64,000 nucleotides of DNA from a virus, in the IMG/VR virus record IMGVR_UViG_3300020420_000013, positions 4,325 to 68,324 of that record; one strand, written 5' to 3'. Shown piece by piece: positions 19,372 to 27,357 of this stretch. Below the pieces are notes generated by a model. It saw nothing but the letters and a program-made list of their open reading frames with translations, searched no databases and was not told the DNA's origin. Each line of letters starts with the position of its first letter. Within the stretch, counting starts at the first letter, position 1. The translations under genes were made by a program, and so were the position numbers.

Positions 19372-19429
19372 GGATCTTAACGTGGCCAGTCAAGAAAATT
19401 CTTGATGAGGTAAGGTCCATGGAAGGCCA
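19356..19429 (+). other. Programmed -1 ribosomal frameshift signal (slippery site plus pseudoknot)
   Basis: A AAT TTT TTC in the zero frame, 6-nt spacer, stem GGATCTTA/TAAGGTCC, TGGCC/GGCCA pseudoknot; the -1 frame is open into the next ORF. Confidence 0.75.
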
Positions 19430-19595
19430 GTGTAAGGAACTGAAACATACAATCGGAAAAATAATCTGGTTTATGAGAGGAAGTGTAACCTTGACTGAAG
19501 CATACGAAATGGGTCCTGAGGATCGTGAGATTCTAACTAAAATAATTAACGATAATTTAGAAACAACTAAAAAGACAAAGATGCCTTTCTTTTAA
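19419..19595 (+). CDS. gp51-like small ORF (58 aa from ATG; -1 frame continuation of the gp26-like gene)
   Basis: Not in the ORF track. MEGQCKELKHTIGKIIWFMRGSVTLTEAYEMGPEDREILTKIINDNLETTKKTKMPFF; frame is open back through 19356. Confidence 0.75.
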   Translation: MEGQCKELKHTIGKIIWFMRGSVTLTEAYEMGPEDREILTKIINDNLETTKKTKMPFF

Positions 19596-19637
19596 TATGG
19601 AAGAACTTATTTTAATAATTGTATTGATTTTACTGTT

Positions 19638-21878
19638 TTAAGCAGTAGCGCCTTGAGCCTGTGCGGCTTTACTTACTACTTTCTTAGCAACTGCGGCTTG
19701 TGGTGTTCCTGCTTTAACACCAGGTGCACTTATTTGATCTTTAACAAGAGCGCCAACTCCTGCTTTTTCAATTTCTCTTGCCAACTCTGCTATTTTAGGA
19801 TTACCTAATTTTGCGGCTGTACCTTTGTCTGCAATTTTACCAGTTTTAGTATTGATCCACTGTGCGCCTTTCCATTCAAAGTCACCACTAACAACACCTA
19901 CGTTTGTACCTTTAGGTGGTTTTGATTTCATATCAAATGGTCCATCATTCTTAGGATCACTGCCTGTTGCACTTGCTTGTCCGCCTGCTGGTGCTGTACC
20001 GCCTGTTGCTTTAGCATCTCCAGTTCCGCCTGTTGCTTTAGCATCTCCAGTTCCGCCAGTTCCTGCGTCACCTGTTCCACCTGTTCCTGTATCGCCGGTT
20101 CCACCTGCTGTGTCTCCACCTGCTGGTGCATCAGGAGTTGTTGCTGTTGCTGGTGCTTCTGGTTGTTTACCGTCTGGTGTTTTTTCAATTGAAACGTTTG
20201 CTTCTTGTCCTATTGCTTGAATGTTATCATTGGATATTCCCATTGATGATAATAAGTTGTATATAGATCCACTATCTGTTGGTGAACCCATTTTTTCCCA
20301 TTCAGAGTTTAATTTTTTTACTGTGATTTTTTGTCCTAGTTCTTTAGCAGTTGATTTAACAGCACCGCCTACTGCACTAGCACCTTTTTTGATTGCACCA
20401 CCTACTTTACCTAAAGCACCTTTAATACCTCTACCTGCTTTAGCACCTAGTGTATTAGGATTGTTTAATGGTAATTCACCTTGTGCATCTGCTGTTGCTG
20501 TTGCCGCCGGTGCTTCAGCCAAATACTGTTCGTATAAGTGTTCGTATGCATCTGCATAAGAAACTGATTCAGTTCCTCTTACTGCAACCTTGTCATCTGC
20601 TGGATTGTCTTCTCCACCTTTTAGTGCTAATTCTAATTGCTCTTTTTCTTTTGGATCAATTGGTTTGACTTTAATTTTTTCTTTTTTGTTATCATCAACT
20701 GTTTGGAGAGCACCTTGTGCCGCCGCCGCTGATGCACCACCTATATCTAGAATTTTTTCAATGGCTTCATCTGCATTGTCTAGTACTGCAATCGCTTGAT
20801 CAATTTGACCACCAGTTATTGCATCTTTTGGAATTTCTTTAATTGTTTGTGCAAGTGCAGAAAGGCTTTCGTTTGCGTCTTGTGTTGTTGATAAGAAACC
20901 GTGTAATCTACCTGCCGCTTCATAATATTCTGGACTGAATGTCTCAGCGGCATTTGCCGCGGCTGATAAGTTTTGATATGTTGCAACTTGATCAGCAGTC
21001 ATTGTTAAATTATAATTGTAAAAGAAGCCGTTGATGTTACCAGACATCTTTAAGTTTCTAGCACCGTCAAGCACACCTGCATCAAATCCTGCGTCTGCTA
21101 CTGCTTTGTCTACTGCCGCAGTGAAGTTGGCTTCTTCAAAGCCTTTCATCATTGCATCTGCTTCTGCTTCACTACCTGTTGCAATGTTATCAGCCATGCC
21201 GTCAGTTAAGCCTTGGATAGCCAAACCAGCAAGAGCACCATATGCCGCTGTTTTAACTGACTTACCAACTGCTGTTGAAAGTTTTTCACCTTGTAATAAA
21301 TCTTTTGTTGAACGTAAAATCAAACCAGCGGCCGCACCACCTAATGGTCCACCTGCAAACGCCGCCACAGTTGTAAGGATACCAACGGCAATACTTGCCT
21401 TGCCTGGATTTTCTTTTGCCCAGTCACTTACTTTTTTAATACCTTGTACAATCTTTGAGTCTGAATTTTCTGCTTCAATTTTCTTTTTTAGTTCATCAAA
21501 CTTTTGATCCATGTTTTTAATAGGACCAGCATTCTGAGCCATTCTGCCAAGTTCATTTATTTTAGCATCTACTTTTTTAGCAAGATCCACAGGAAGTTTT
21601 GCAACGGCTCCTGCCGCACTTCCTACTTTACCTAATGCAGTTTTATTATCTCCACTTGCAATACTTTGTGTTTCTGCACCTTTAAATATTGATTGTATTT
21701 CGTCAGCAGTTAAATTTGCTTCTGAAACTTGTTTGAATTCTTCTAGTAATGGCCAAAGTTCTTTTTCCCATCTGCCAAGATATACTCTTTGCGTTTCTGT
21801 AAGATCTTTGTAACCTTCTGTAAGGATACTTGCTGTTCTATTTGATTTTGGAAATTGATGTACTTCAGTTATTTTCAT
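19638..21878 (-). CDS. Large Ala/Gly-rich protein, putative internal head/ejection protein
   Basis: Begins MKITE...ILTE; glycine-zipper hydrophobic helices; GGTGD low-complexity repeats. Confidence 0.6.
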   Translation of the reverse strand: MKITEVHQFPKSNRTASILTEGYKDLTETQRVYLGRWEKELWPLLEEFKQVSEANLTADEIQSIFKGAETQSIASGDNKTALGKVGSAAGAVAKLPVDLAKKVDAKINELGRMAQNAGPIKNMDQKFDELKKKIEAENSDSKIVQGIKKVSDWAKENPGKASIAVGILTTVAAFAGGPLGGAAAGLILRSTKDLLQGEKLSTAVGKSVKTAAYGALAGLAIQGLTDGMADNIATGSEAEADAMMKGFEEANFTAAVDKAVADAGFDAGVLDGARNLKMSGNINGFFYNYNLTMTADQVATYQNLSAAANAAETFSPEYYEAAGRLHGFLSTTQDANESLSALAQTIKEIPKDAITGGQIDQAIAVLDNADEAIEKILDIGGASAAAAQGALQTVDDNKKEKIKVKPIDPKEKEQLELALKGGEDNPADDKVAVRGTESVSYADAYEHLYEQYLAEAPAATATADAQGELPLNNPNTLGAKAGRGIKGALGKVGGAIKKGASAVGGAVKSTAKELGQKITVKKLNSEWEKMGSPTDSGSIYNLLSSMGISNDNIQAIGQEANVSIEKTPDGKQPEAPATATTPDAPAGGDTAGGTGDTGTGGTGDAGTGGTGDAKATGGTGDAKATGGTAPAGGQASATGSDPKNDGPFDMKSKPPKGTNVGVVSGDFEWKGAQWINTKTGKIADKGTAAKLGNPKIAELAREIEKAGVGALVKDQISAPGVKAGTPQAAVAKKVVSKAAQAQGATA
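19999..20057. repeat. Perfect 27-bp tandem repeat (2.2 copies) in coding sequence
   Basis: ccgcctgttgctttagcatctccagtt x2 plus ccgcc, encoding GGTGDAKAT; degenerate copies follow to ~20120. Confidence 0.85.
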
Positions 21879-22540
21879 GCTATCAATCCTGCTAATTGTT
21901 TTTTCTCTCCAGGAGTCATTTGGTCTAACTGTGTTTGTATGCTTGGTGGAATTTCTTTAGCACTACCTACAGTTGATCCGTTTCCAGTTGGTGGAGCCTT
22001 ACCAGCGGGTGTTTTTGCTGATCCTGTACCTTGTTGTGCAGGTGCACCTCCGCCTACATTACCAGCCGCCTGTGCAGTACCTTGTTGTGCAGTACCTTGT
22101 TGTTGACCTTGTTGTGCTTTACCACCTTGTGCGGGAGCCTGTCCTGTTTGCTTTATTGCTCCGCCTTTGCCTTTGTAACTATCTTGCACTGCTTTCATGA
22201 TATATTCATCAGCCTGCTTTTTAGTAATTACACCGTCTGCCGGAACGTTTACTGTTGGAATTTTGTTTTGATCTAGAAAGTTCTTTAAACTAGATGCCTG
22301 CATAGCATTACCGTATTTTTCACCAGTTTGTCCCATATACGTTCTAAATTGTGTGTATAATGCATTGGCCTTGTCAGCGGCATCTGCCTTACCGGCCATG
22401 CCGGCCGCGGTGTTTTTAGCACCTACTTTAGCCAAAACCTTAGCACCTATCTTACGTGCAACGTTGCCTAACCCACTTGCAGGCTTCTCATTTACAGTCT
22501 GTTTGCTAGATTCGTATATAATTTGGTGTACTTTCATCAA
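21875..22540 (-). CDS. Ala/Gly/Gln-rich protein, putative internal head protein
   Basis: Begins MKVHQIIYE; overlaps the next gene (ATGA); late promoter at 22571-22566. Confidence 0.65.
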   Translation of the reverse strand: MMKVHQIIYESSKQTVNEKPASGLGNVARKIGAKVLAKVGAKNTAAGMAGKADAADKANALYTQFRTYMGQTGEKYGNAMQASSLKNFLDQNKIPTVNVPADGVITKKQADEYIMKAVQDSYKGKGGAIKQTGQAPAQGGKAQQGQQQGTAQQGTAQAAGNVGGGAPAQQGTGSAKTPAGKAPPTGNGSTVGSAKEIPPSIQTQLDQMTPGEKKQLAGLIA

Positions 22541-22565
22541 ATAATCCTATTTCTTTAACTAATAC

Positions 22566-22594
22566 TATTTAGTCTCAGTAGTTCATATTAAATA
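22566..22594. promoter_or_regulatory. Back-to-back late promoters: (-) 22571-22566 and (+) 22589-22594
   Basis: Two TAAATA cores in a 61-nt divergent gap. Confidence 0.6.
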
Positions 22595-22601
22595 ATTAAC
22601 T

Positions 22602-22787
22602 ATGGAACAACCAAATACGAAGTTCGTAGTTCTTAAGAAGGGCGAGGGTACTCTGTTGAATAGTTTCGACGAAGCATCGCAATACTTGGGGATAATGGCG
22701 GATCAGCACCCAGAAGAAGAATATGAGATTCTGGAAGTTCATCCTCCGCGACCTAGAGGAATGGGACGAGATCCCGATTTACATTAA
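22602..22787 (+). CDS. Hypothetical protein (61 aa)
   Basis: ORF fills the gap; TAAATA 7 nt upstream. Confidence 0.6.
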   Translation: MEQPNTKFVVLKKGEGTLLNSFDEASQYLGIMADQHPEEEYEILEVHPPRPRGMGRDPDLH

Positions 22788-22790
22788 ACT

Positions 22791-22973
22791 ATGAACAAAA
22801 AAGAAGTTGTAGAATTAGAAAGTGCGTTTCTTGAATTTATGAAAAAAGCAGAAAGTTTAGGCTTTTATTTTTCTAGAGATAGCATTATCACTGCAAAGCA
22901 TAATACAGGAACGAAAAATCAGATTAACACGGAAGTAAGACTTGTGCCAAATGATTATTTAAAGGACGTTTAA
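22791..22973 (+). CDS. Hypothetical protein (60 aa)
   Basis: Follows the previous ORF after 3 nt and ends at the 22974 hairpin. Confidence 0.55.
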   Translation: MNKKEVVELESAFLEFMKKAESLGFYFSRDSIITAKHNTGTKNQINTEVRLVPNDYLKDV

Positions 22974-23386
22974 AGTTGATCTAAAGATCAACTGTGTTTT
23001 CGCTTTCGCTCTAACACTATATCTGTGAAACATTAAGTTGCGTAAGCAACTGCTATCATGTAGATAGTTGAGCCATACTTCGCCCGTCTCCGGGCAAAGT
23101 AAGAAAGCCATCATGTGAGATAAGCGTCCCATCTTAACAAAAAGGATTACATAATAATATGTATGGAAGCGGTAACCCGTCAACTCCCTACCTTAGCCTT
23201 CGCATAAGTTACGGAACATTAATATATCCTTGTTAAGCAAAATATATTAACGGTGTGGTTGCTTTTTCTCAGAGCCACGATCTTTTAATACCTAAGTTAG
23301 TATCAACCTTGCAACGCACGAGAGTCTGATCACAAGATCCATGTGATCTCAACGTGAGTCGAACTATTCCGACCAAACAGTGTTGC
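22974..23386 (-). ncRNA. Candidate ~410-nt structured RNA immediately downstream of the GIY-YIG gene
   Basis: At least ten stems. Mismatches in three long stems become G-U pairs only on the minus strand. GAGA and GAAA tetraloops. 8-bp loop-loop complementarity. Confidence 0.7.
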
Positions 23387-23811
23387 TATTTTAAGCCTTG
23401 AAGTGCTTCTTTAAGAATTTTTGAGCCGCCTACTCTTACGTTTATAATGCCATTGTAATAAGTGTCAGTTTCTAAAACTTTTCTTTCGAATTGTTCTCTT
23501 GCCTCTAAGTAACTTGCTACGCCTCTGCTAGGACAAATATATAAAATTTCCCTAGTAAATTTATCAGTGCCTAATTTTTCTACGTCTTCTTTTAAGTGAT
23601 CATTGGAACCCCAATAGTCTTTCCAGTCACTTTCTACTTTGCTTCTACGTTTGTTTATCTTGCCCTTGAGTGGTGGGCGTGTCTTTTTGAATTTAGCGAG
23701 TTTTTTGCCTACGTACTTACGTCCATTGGTTGTATTTGTAATAAGATATACAAAGGCTTCACAACCAAGAGGTAATTCTTTTACTACTTTTCCTTTGTAA
23801 GTCCATTGCAT
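23386..23811 (-). CDS. Stand-alone GIY-YIG family endonuclease (~141 aa)
   Basis: AFVYLITN..NGRKYVGKK (GIY-YIG strands), YWGS, FTREIL, YLEAREQ (catalytic Glu), YYN. ATG 23811 preferred, with TAAGTA 5 nt upstream. Confidence 0.8.
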   Translation of the reverse strand: MQWTYKGKVVKELPLGCEAFVYLITNTTNGRKYVGKKLAKFKKTRPPLKGKINKRRSKVESDWKDYWGSNDHLKEDVEKLGTDKFTREILYICPSRGVASYLEAREQFERKVLETDTYYNGIINVRVGGSKILKEALQGLK

Positions 23812-23828
23812 ATGGATACTTACCAAGT

Positions 23829-24044
23829 CTATTTGTCCTGCTCGTCTTTTTTGGAATCTGCTCTGCGATTTACGTAACTGTCTTGAACTTCGTTCATTCG
23901 TATTTTGGCTAGATCACGTATTTCTCTAAGCCATCGTCTGGTTTCACGTCTAGGTCTTATTCCACCTGTCTTCTGATAACTTTCGTGTGCTTTAAAATAT
24001 TCTAAATATGCTTTTACTAGTTTGTCGTGATTATCATCAGTCAT
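23829..24044 (-). CDS. Small basic helical protein, histone H1-like (Hc1-type) resemblance
   Basis: R.RRWLREIRDLAKIR..EVQ resembles the RARK.L.EI.KL.K..R pattern of Hc1-like proteins. Confidence 0.55.
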   Translation of the reverse strand: MTDDNHDKLVKAYLEYFKAHESYQKTGGIRPRRETRRWLREIRDLAKIRMNEVQDSYVNRRADSKKDEQDK

Positions 24045-24048
24045 TGTA

Positions 24049-25188
24049 TTATGCCAGTAATGTTACAATTTTCCCTGCAAGTCCTTTAAACCATTCTTCA
24101 TCATGACCTCTTGTAGTTTCTGCGGCAGTACCAATTCTGATTCCACTTGTTTCAACAAAAGATCTTGGATCATTTGGAACTCCATTCTTATTTACTGTGA
24201 TACCATTTTCCTCTAATAGATTTGCGGCATCCTTACCTGACCATTTAGTGTCACTCAAATCTAACAATAGTATATGACTATCTGTGCCATCTGTTAATAA
24301 TTTATACCCTTCGTCTTTAAAAACCTTTGCCATTGCCTGTGCATTAGCAACAACCTGTTTCGAATATTGTTTAAATTCATCTGTGTTTGCTTCAATGAAT
24401 GCCTGTGCCTTTGCGGCAATGATATTCATCAATGGACCACCTTGTGTGCCAGGAAAAATTGCACTATTGATCTTTTTAGTATAATCAGGATTGTTCCATA
24501 AAATTATTCCGCCTCTTGGACCTCTTAATGTTTTGTGTGTTGTGCTTGTTACAAAGTCTGCGTATGGTATAGGACTTGGATAGGCATCGCCGGCAATAAG
24601 TCCTGAGTAATGTGCCATATCAACTAATAAGTATGCTTTTACCTTATCTGCTATGTGTCTAAACATTTTAAAATCTATTGCTCTAGGATATGCACTAGCA
24701 CCTGCTATAATCATCTTAGGTCTTATTTCTTGTGCCTGTGCCATTATGGCAGGATAGTCTAACAAACCCTTTTCATTTACACCATAGTGATGTGCGTCAT
24801 AAACTTTTCCTGAAATGTTTACCTTAGCACCATGACTTAGATGTCCTCCACTTGCAAGATCCATTCCTAGGATTTTATCTCCTGGTTTAAGGAACGCAAG
24901 ATAAATTGCCGTGTTTGCGTTTGCTCCACAATGTGGTTGCACGTTTGCAAACTCACAACCATACAATTCTTTTAGTTGATCTATTGCAAGTTGTTCTATT
25001 GAATCCATGTGTTCACAACCGTTGTAATAACGTTTGCCTGGATATCCTTCTGCGTATTTGTTTGTAAATACCGATCCTGCAAGTTTCATTACATCTTCTG
25101 ATGCAAAGTTTTCACTTGCAATAAGTTCTACGGTAGCATTTTGTCTACCTATCTCTGAGTAAAGTATTGAAGTTATTCTTTTATCCAT
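24049..25188 (-). CDS. glyA: Serine hydroxymethyltransferase (auxiliary metabolic gene)
   Basis: LIASEN, NKYAEGYPGKRYY, GGHLSHG, DMAH, TTHKTLRGPRGG (PLP lysine), FPGTQGGP, SGIRIGT. Confidence 0.97.
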   Translation of the reverse strand: MDKRITSILYSEIGRQNATVELIASENFASEDVMKLAGSVFTNKYAEGYPGKRYYNGCEHMDSIEQLAIDQLKELYGCEFANVQPHCGANANTAIYLAFLKPGDKILGMDLASGGHLSHGAKVNISGKVYDAHHYGVNEKGLLDYPAIMAQAQEIRPKMIIAGASAYPRAIDFKMFRHIADKVKAYLLVDMAHYSGLIAGDAYPSPIPYADFVTSTTHKTLRGPRGGIILWNNPDYTKKINSAIFPGTQGGPLMNIIAAKAQAFIEANTDEFKQYSKQVVANAQAMAKVFKDEGYKLLTDGTDSHILLLDLSDTKWSGKDAANLLEENGITVNKNGVPNDPRSFVETSGIRIGTAAETTRGHDEEWFKGLAGKIVTLLA

Positions 25189-25585
25189 TTTTTGCTATTC
25201 CTATCATACGTTCTACTAAACTGCCAAAGCCAACTTGTCTTTGCATTGTTAAAAGATTTCTGATACCTAACCCTTCAAAACTTTCTAAGGTTAAGTGTGC
25301 TATTTCGCTACGATGTTCACCGTCTAAAAGGTCTACTAAAACTTTTGCAGTACCTTTTGTTATCCAAGCATCTGCATCATGTTTATAGGACATTGTTCCG
25401 TCTTTGTTTATTGTTCCTACTACCCACAAATTACTTGCACAACCTCTGATTTTATTATCGTCTATTTTTTCGCTGTCGTCTAAAGGTTCAACTTCTCTTG
25501 CTATATCAATAAGATATTGTAATCGATCATGCCCTTCTAATGGAGCCATTTCTTCGCCACGTTCTTTTATCTTATCTAATATCAC
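25181..25585 (-). CDS. sufE: SufE-family sulfur acceptor (Fe-S cluster assembly; auxiliary metabolic gene)
   Basis: DRLQYLID, IRGCASNLW (conserved Cys), DADAWITKG, L...RQ.GF. Confidence 0.88.
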   Translation of the reverse strand: MILDKIKERGEEMAPLEGHDRLQYLIDIAREVEPLDDSEKIDDNKIRGCASNLWVVGTINKDGTMSYKHDADAWITKGTAKVLVDLLDGEHRSEIAHLTLESFEGLGIRNLLTMQRQVGFGSLVERMIGIAKNG

Positions 25586-27357
25586 TGTTCCACTATTTCA
25601 ACATCATTTGCATAACTTGTAAAGCCGTTTTCCTTAATAACCTTTAATACATTGTTTACCCGACCTTGCAATTCGTCCTTATGCGAAATGATATAAATGT
25701 TTTTATCTCTTTCTCTACCCATCTTCTTAAGTACTGCTAAACTAGATTCTACACCAGCAGTATCCATACCACTATCAATAAGTTCATCAACAAACAATAA
25801 GTTAATGTTTTGATATAAGCCTTCCCATACATCTCTAAATGCCCAACTTAATCCAAGTATAAGTCTATTACGTTCACCTCTACTTAAATTGTCAAAGTCA
25901 AGGTCTTGACCTAACTGTGTTATTTCAACTGCTAGGTCATTTTTAAATACCACAGAGTGTGGAAGACCAAGACGATCAAGATAGAACGTAAGTCTGTTGT
26001 TAAGATATGCGAGGTTCTGGTCGATTATCTTCTTACGTATAAAACTATCTTTGTTTGTGAGAAGTTTGTATAAAAATTCTTGATGTTCTTTATGACTTGT
26101 AAGGTCATTAACTTTATTCCAATTTAATTCTTGGATTGCAGTATTTTGTAATTCTTCAATTTGTTCTGTGTAAGGATCTTTATCTTCCTTTGCTCTTTTC
26201 AATGCGTCTTTTAAGTTTTCAATATTACTTCTATGATCATATGCTTCTTTGGCAGTTTCATAGAATGTGTTTGGCTTATCAGTAATTTCACCAATCTCAT
26301 CTAGTTTTGCTTTTACTTTTTCTGCCTTTTCATTTATTTCAATCAAGTAGGTTGTAGTTTCACCATACTCAGTTTGAAGTTTTGTTTGTATTTCTTCTAC
26401 CTTTTCATCTGGCAAATCTTGCCCACAAGCATAACATTTTGCATCTTCAAGATCATCTAATTCTTTGCTTACTTTTGCAAGGCGTTTGTCAGTTTGAGAT
26501 AATGCACTCTCTAACGTTGCTTGTTCTTTAATTAAGTTACGTTGATGTTTTTCTGTTTCATTCCAACTCTGTAACTTTTCATGGTCTGCAATTTCTTTGT
26601 CTATATCAATATGTTCAAGTTCATCTACACCGCTATCAAGTTTTTTAATATTTGTTTCACGTTGTTGTTCCCAAGCACTTAATTTAATCTTTAAACTTTC
26701 AACACTTTCTTTTACACGTTCATTACTTTCTTGTATTGCATTTATTTTTGCATTTTCTTCTGTAATACTATCCCTAGTTACTTTCATGTGTTCACGTAAC
26801 ACATTTGCTTTTTCAGATAGGATTGTAATACCTAATAACTGTTCAATAATCGCACGTTGATCATTTGGCTTCATTGCAAGGAATGGCTCTGTATATGTGT
26901 TTAATGCAATTAAATGCTTAAACATATCGTGACTCATTTGTAATAATGTGTCTATTGTTTCTTGTGTTTTACGACTATCTCCTTGCGACTCATCTGTAAG
27001 TTCTTGCTCTTCTTCATCAACAAAAAACTTTAGTGTGTTTGGACTTCTACCTCTTTCAACTCTATACTTTGTATTATCTTTTTCAAAGTTAAGTGTAACT
27101 AACATTCCTTTATTATTAGTCTTATTAATTAAATTATTTTTACGAATGTTTGTCAGTGCCACACCATACAACGCATAAGATAGTGCGTTGATGATGGTGG
27201 TCTTACCTGTACCGTTTCTTGAGCCTGAATCGTCTCCCCCTTGATCTAAGTTCTCTCCTAAAACTAGCGTCAGTTGTCTATTACTAAAGTCAACTGCCTG
27301 GGTTTGATTTCCCACACTCATAAAGTTCTTAACGGTTAAGTCTTTAATCTTTATCAT
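25582..27357 (-). CDS. gp46: Recombination nuclease ATPase subunit (T4 gp46, Rad50/SbcC-like)
   Basis: KNFMSVG, Walker A NGTGKTT, zinc hook CYACGQ, signature LSRGE, Walker B LLFVDE, ISH. Confidence 0.95.
   Translation of the reverse strand: MIKIKDLTVKNFMSVGNQTQAVDFSNRQLTLVLGENLDQGGDDSGSRNGTGKTTIINALSYALYGVALTNIRKNNLINKTNNKGMLVTLNFEKDNTKYRVERGRSPNTLKFFVDEEEQELTDESQGDSRKTQETIDTLLQMSHDMFKHLIALNTYTEPFLAMKPNDQRAIIEQLLGITILSEKANVLREHMKVTRDSITEENAKINAIQESNERVKESVESLKIKLSAWEQQRETNIKKLDSGVDELEHIDIDKEIADHEKLQSWNETEKHQRNLIKEQATLESALSQTDKRLAKVSKELDDLEDAKCYACGQDLPDEKVEEIQTKLQTEYGETTTYLIEINEKAEKVKAKLDEIGEITDKPNTFYETAKEAYDHRSNIENLKDALKRAKEDKDPYTEQIEELQNTAIQELNWNKVNDLTSHKEHQEFLYKLLTNKDSFIRKKIIDQNLAYLNNRLTFYLDRLGLPHSVVFKNDLAVEITQLGQDLDFDNLSRGERNRLILGLSWAFRDVWEGLYQNINLLFVDELIDSGMDTAGVESSLAVLKKMGRERDKNIYIISHKDELQGRVNNVLKVIKENGFTSYANDVEIVEQ

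Noticed and set aside
22959-23183. 74-aa minus-strand ORF in the track
   Set aside because: No convincing SD, atypical composition, and it lies across the dense hairpin region; treated as a chance ORF.
23257-23268. GGTTGCTTTTT match between the long RNA and the 9488 promoter
   Set aside because: Only 11 nt of low-complexity sequence, with no -10 box at 17-nt spacing; likely chance.
22974-23826. Group I intron carrying a GIY-YIG homing endonuclease
   Set aside because: There is no 5' intron part or interrupted exon upstream (the Hc1-like gene ends a few nt before), the downstream genes are on the opposite strand, and I recognised no P7 core.
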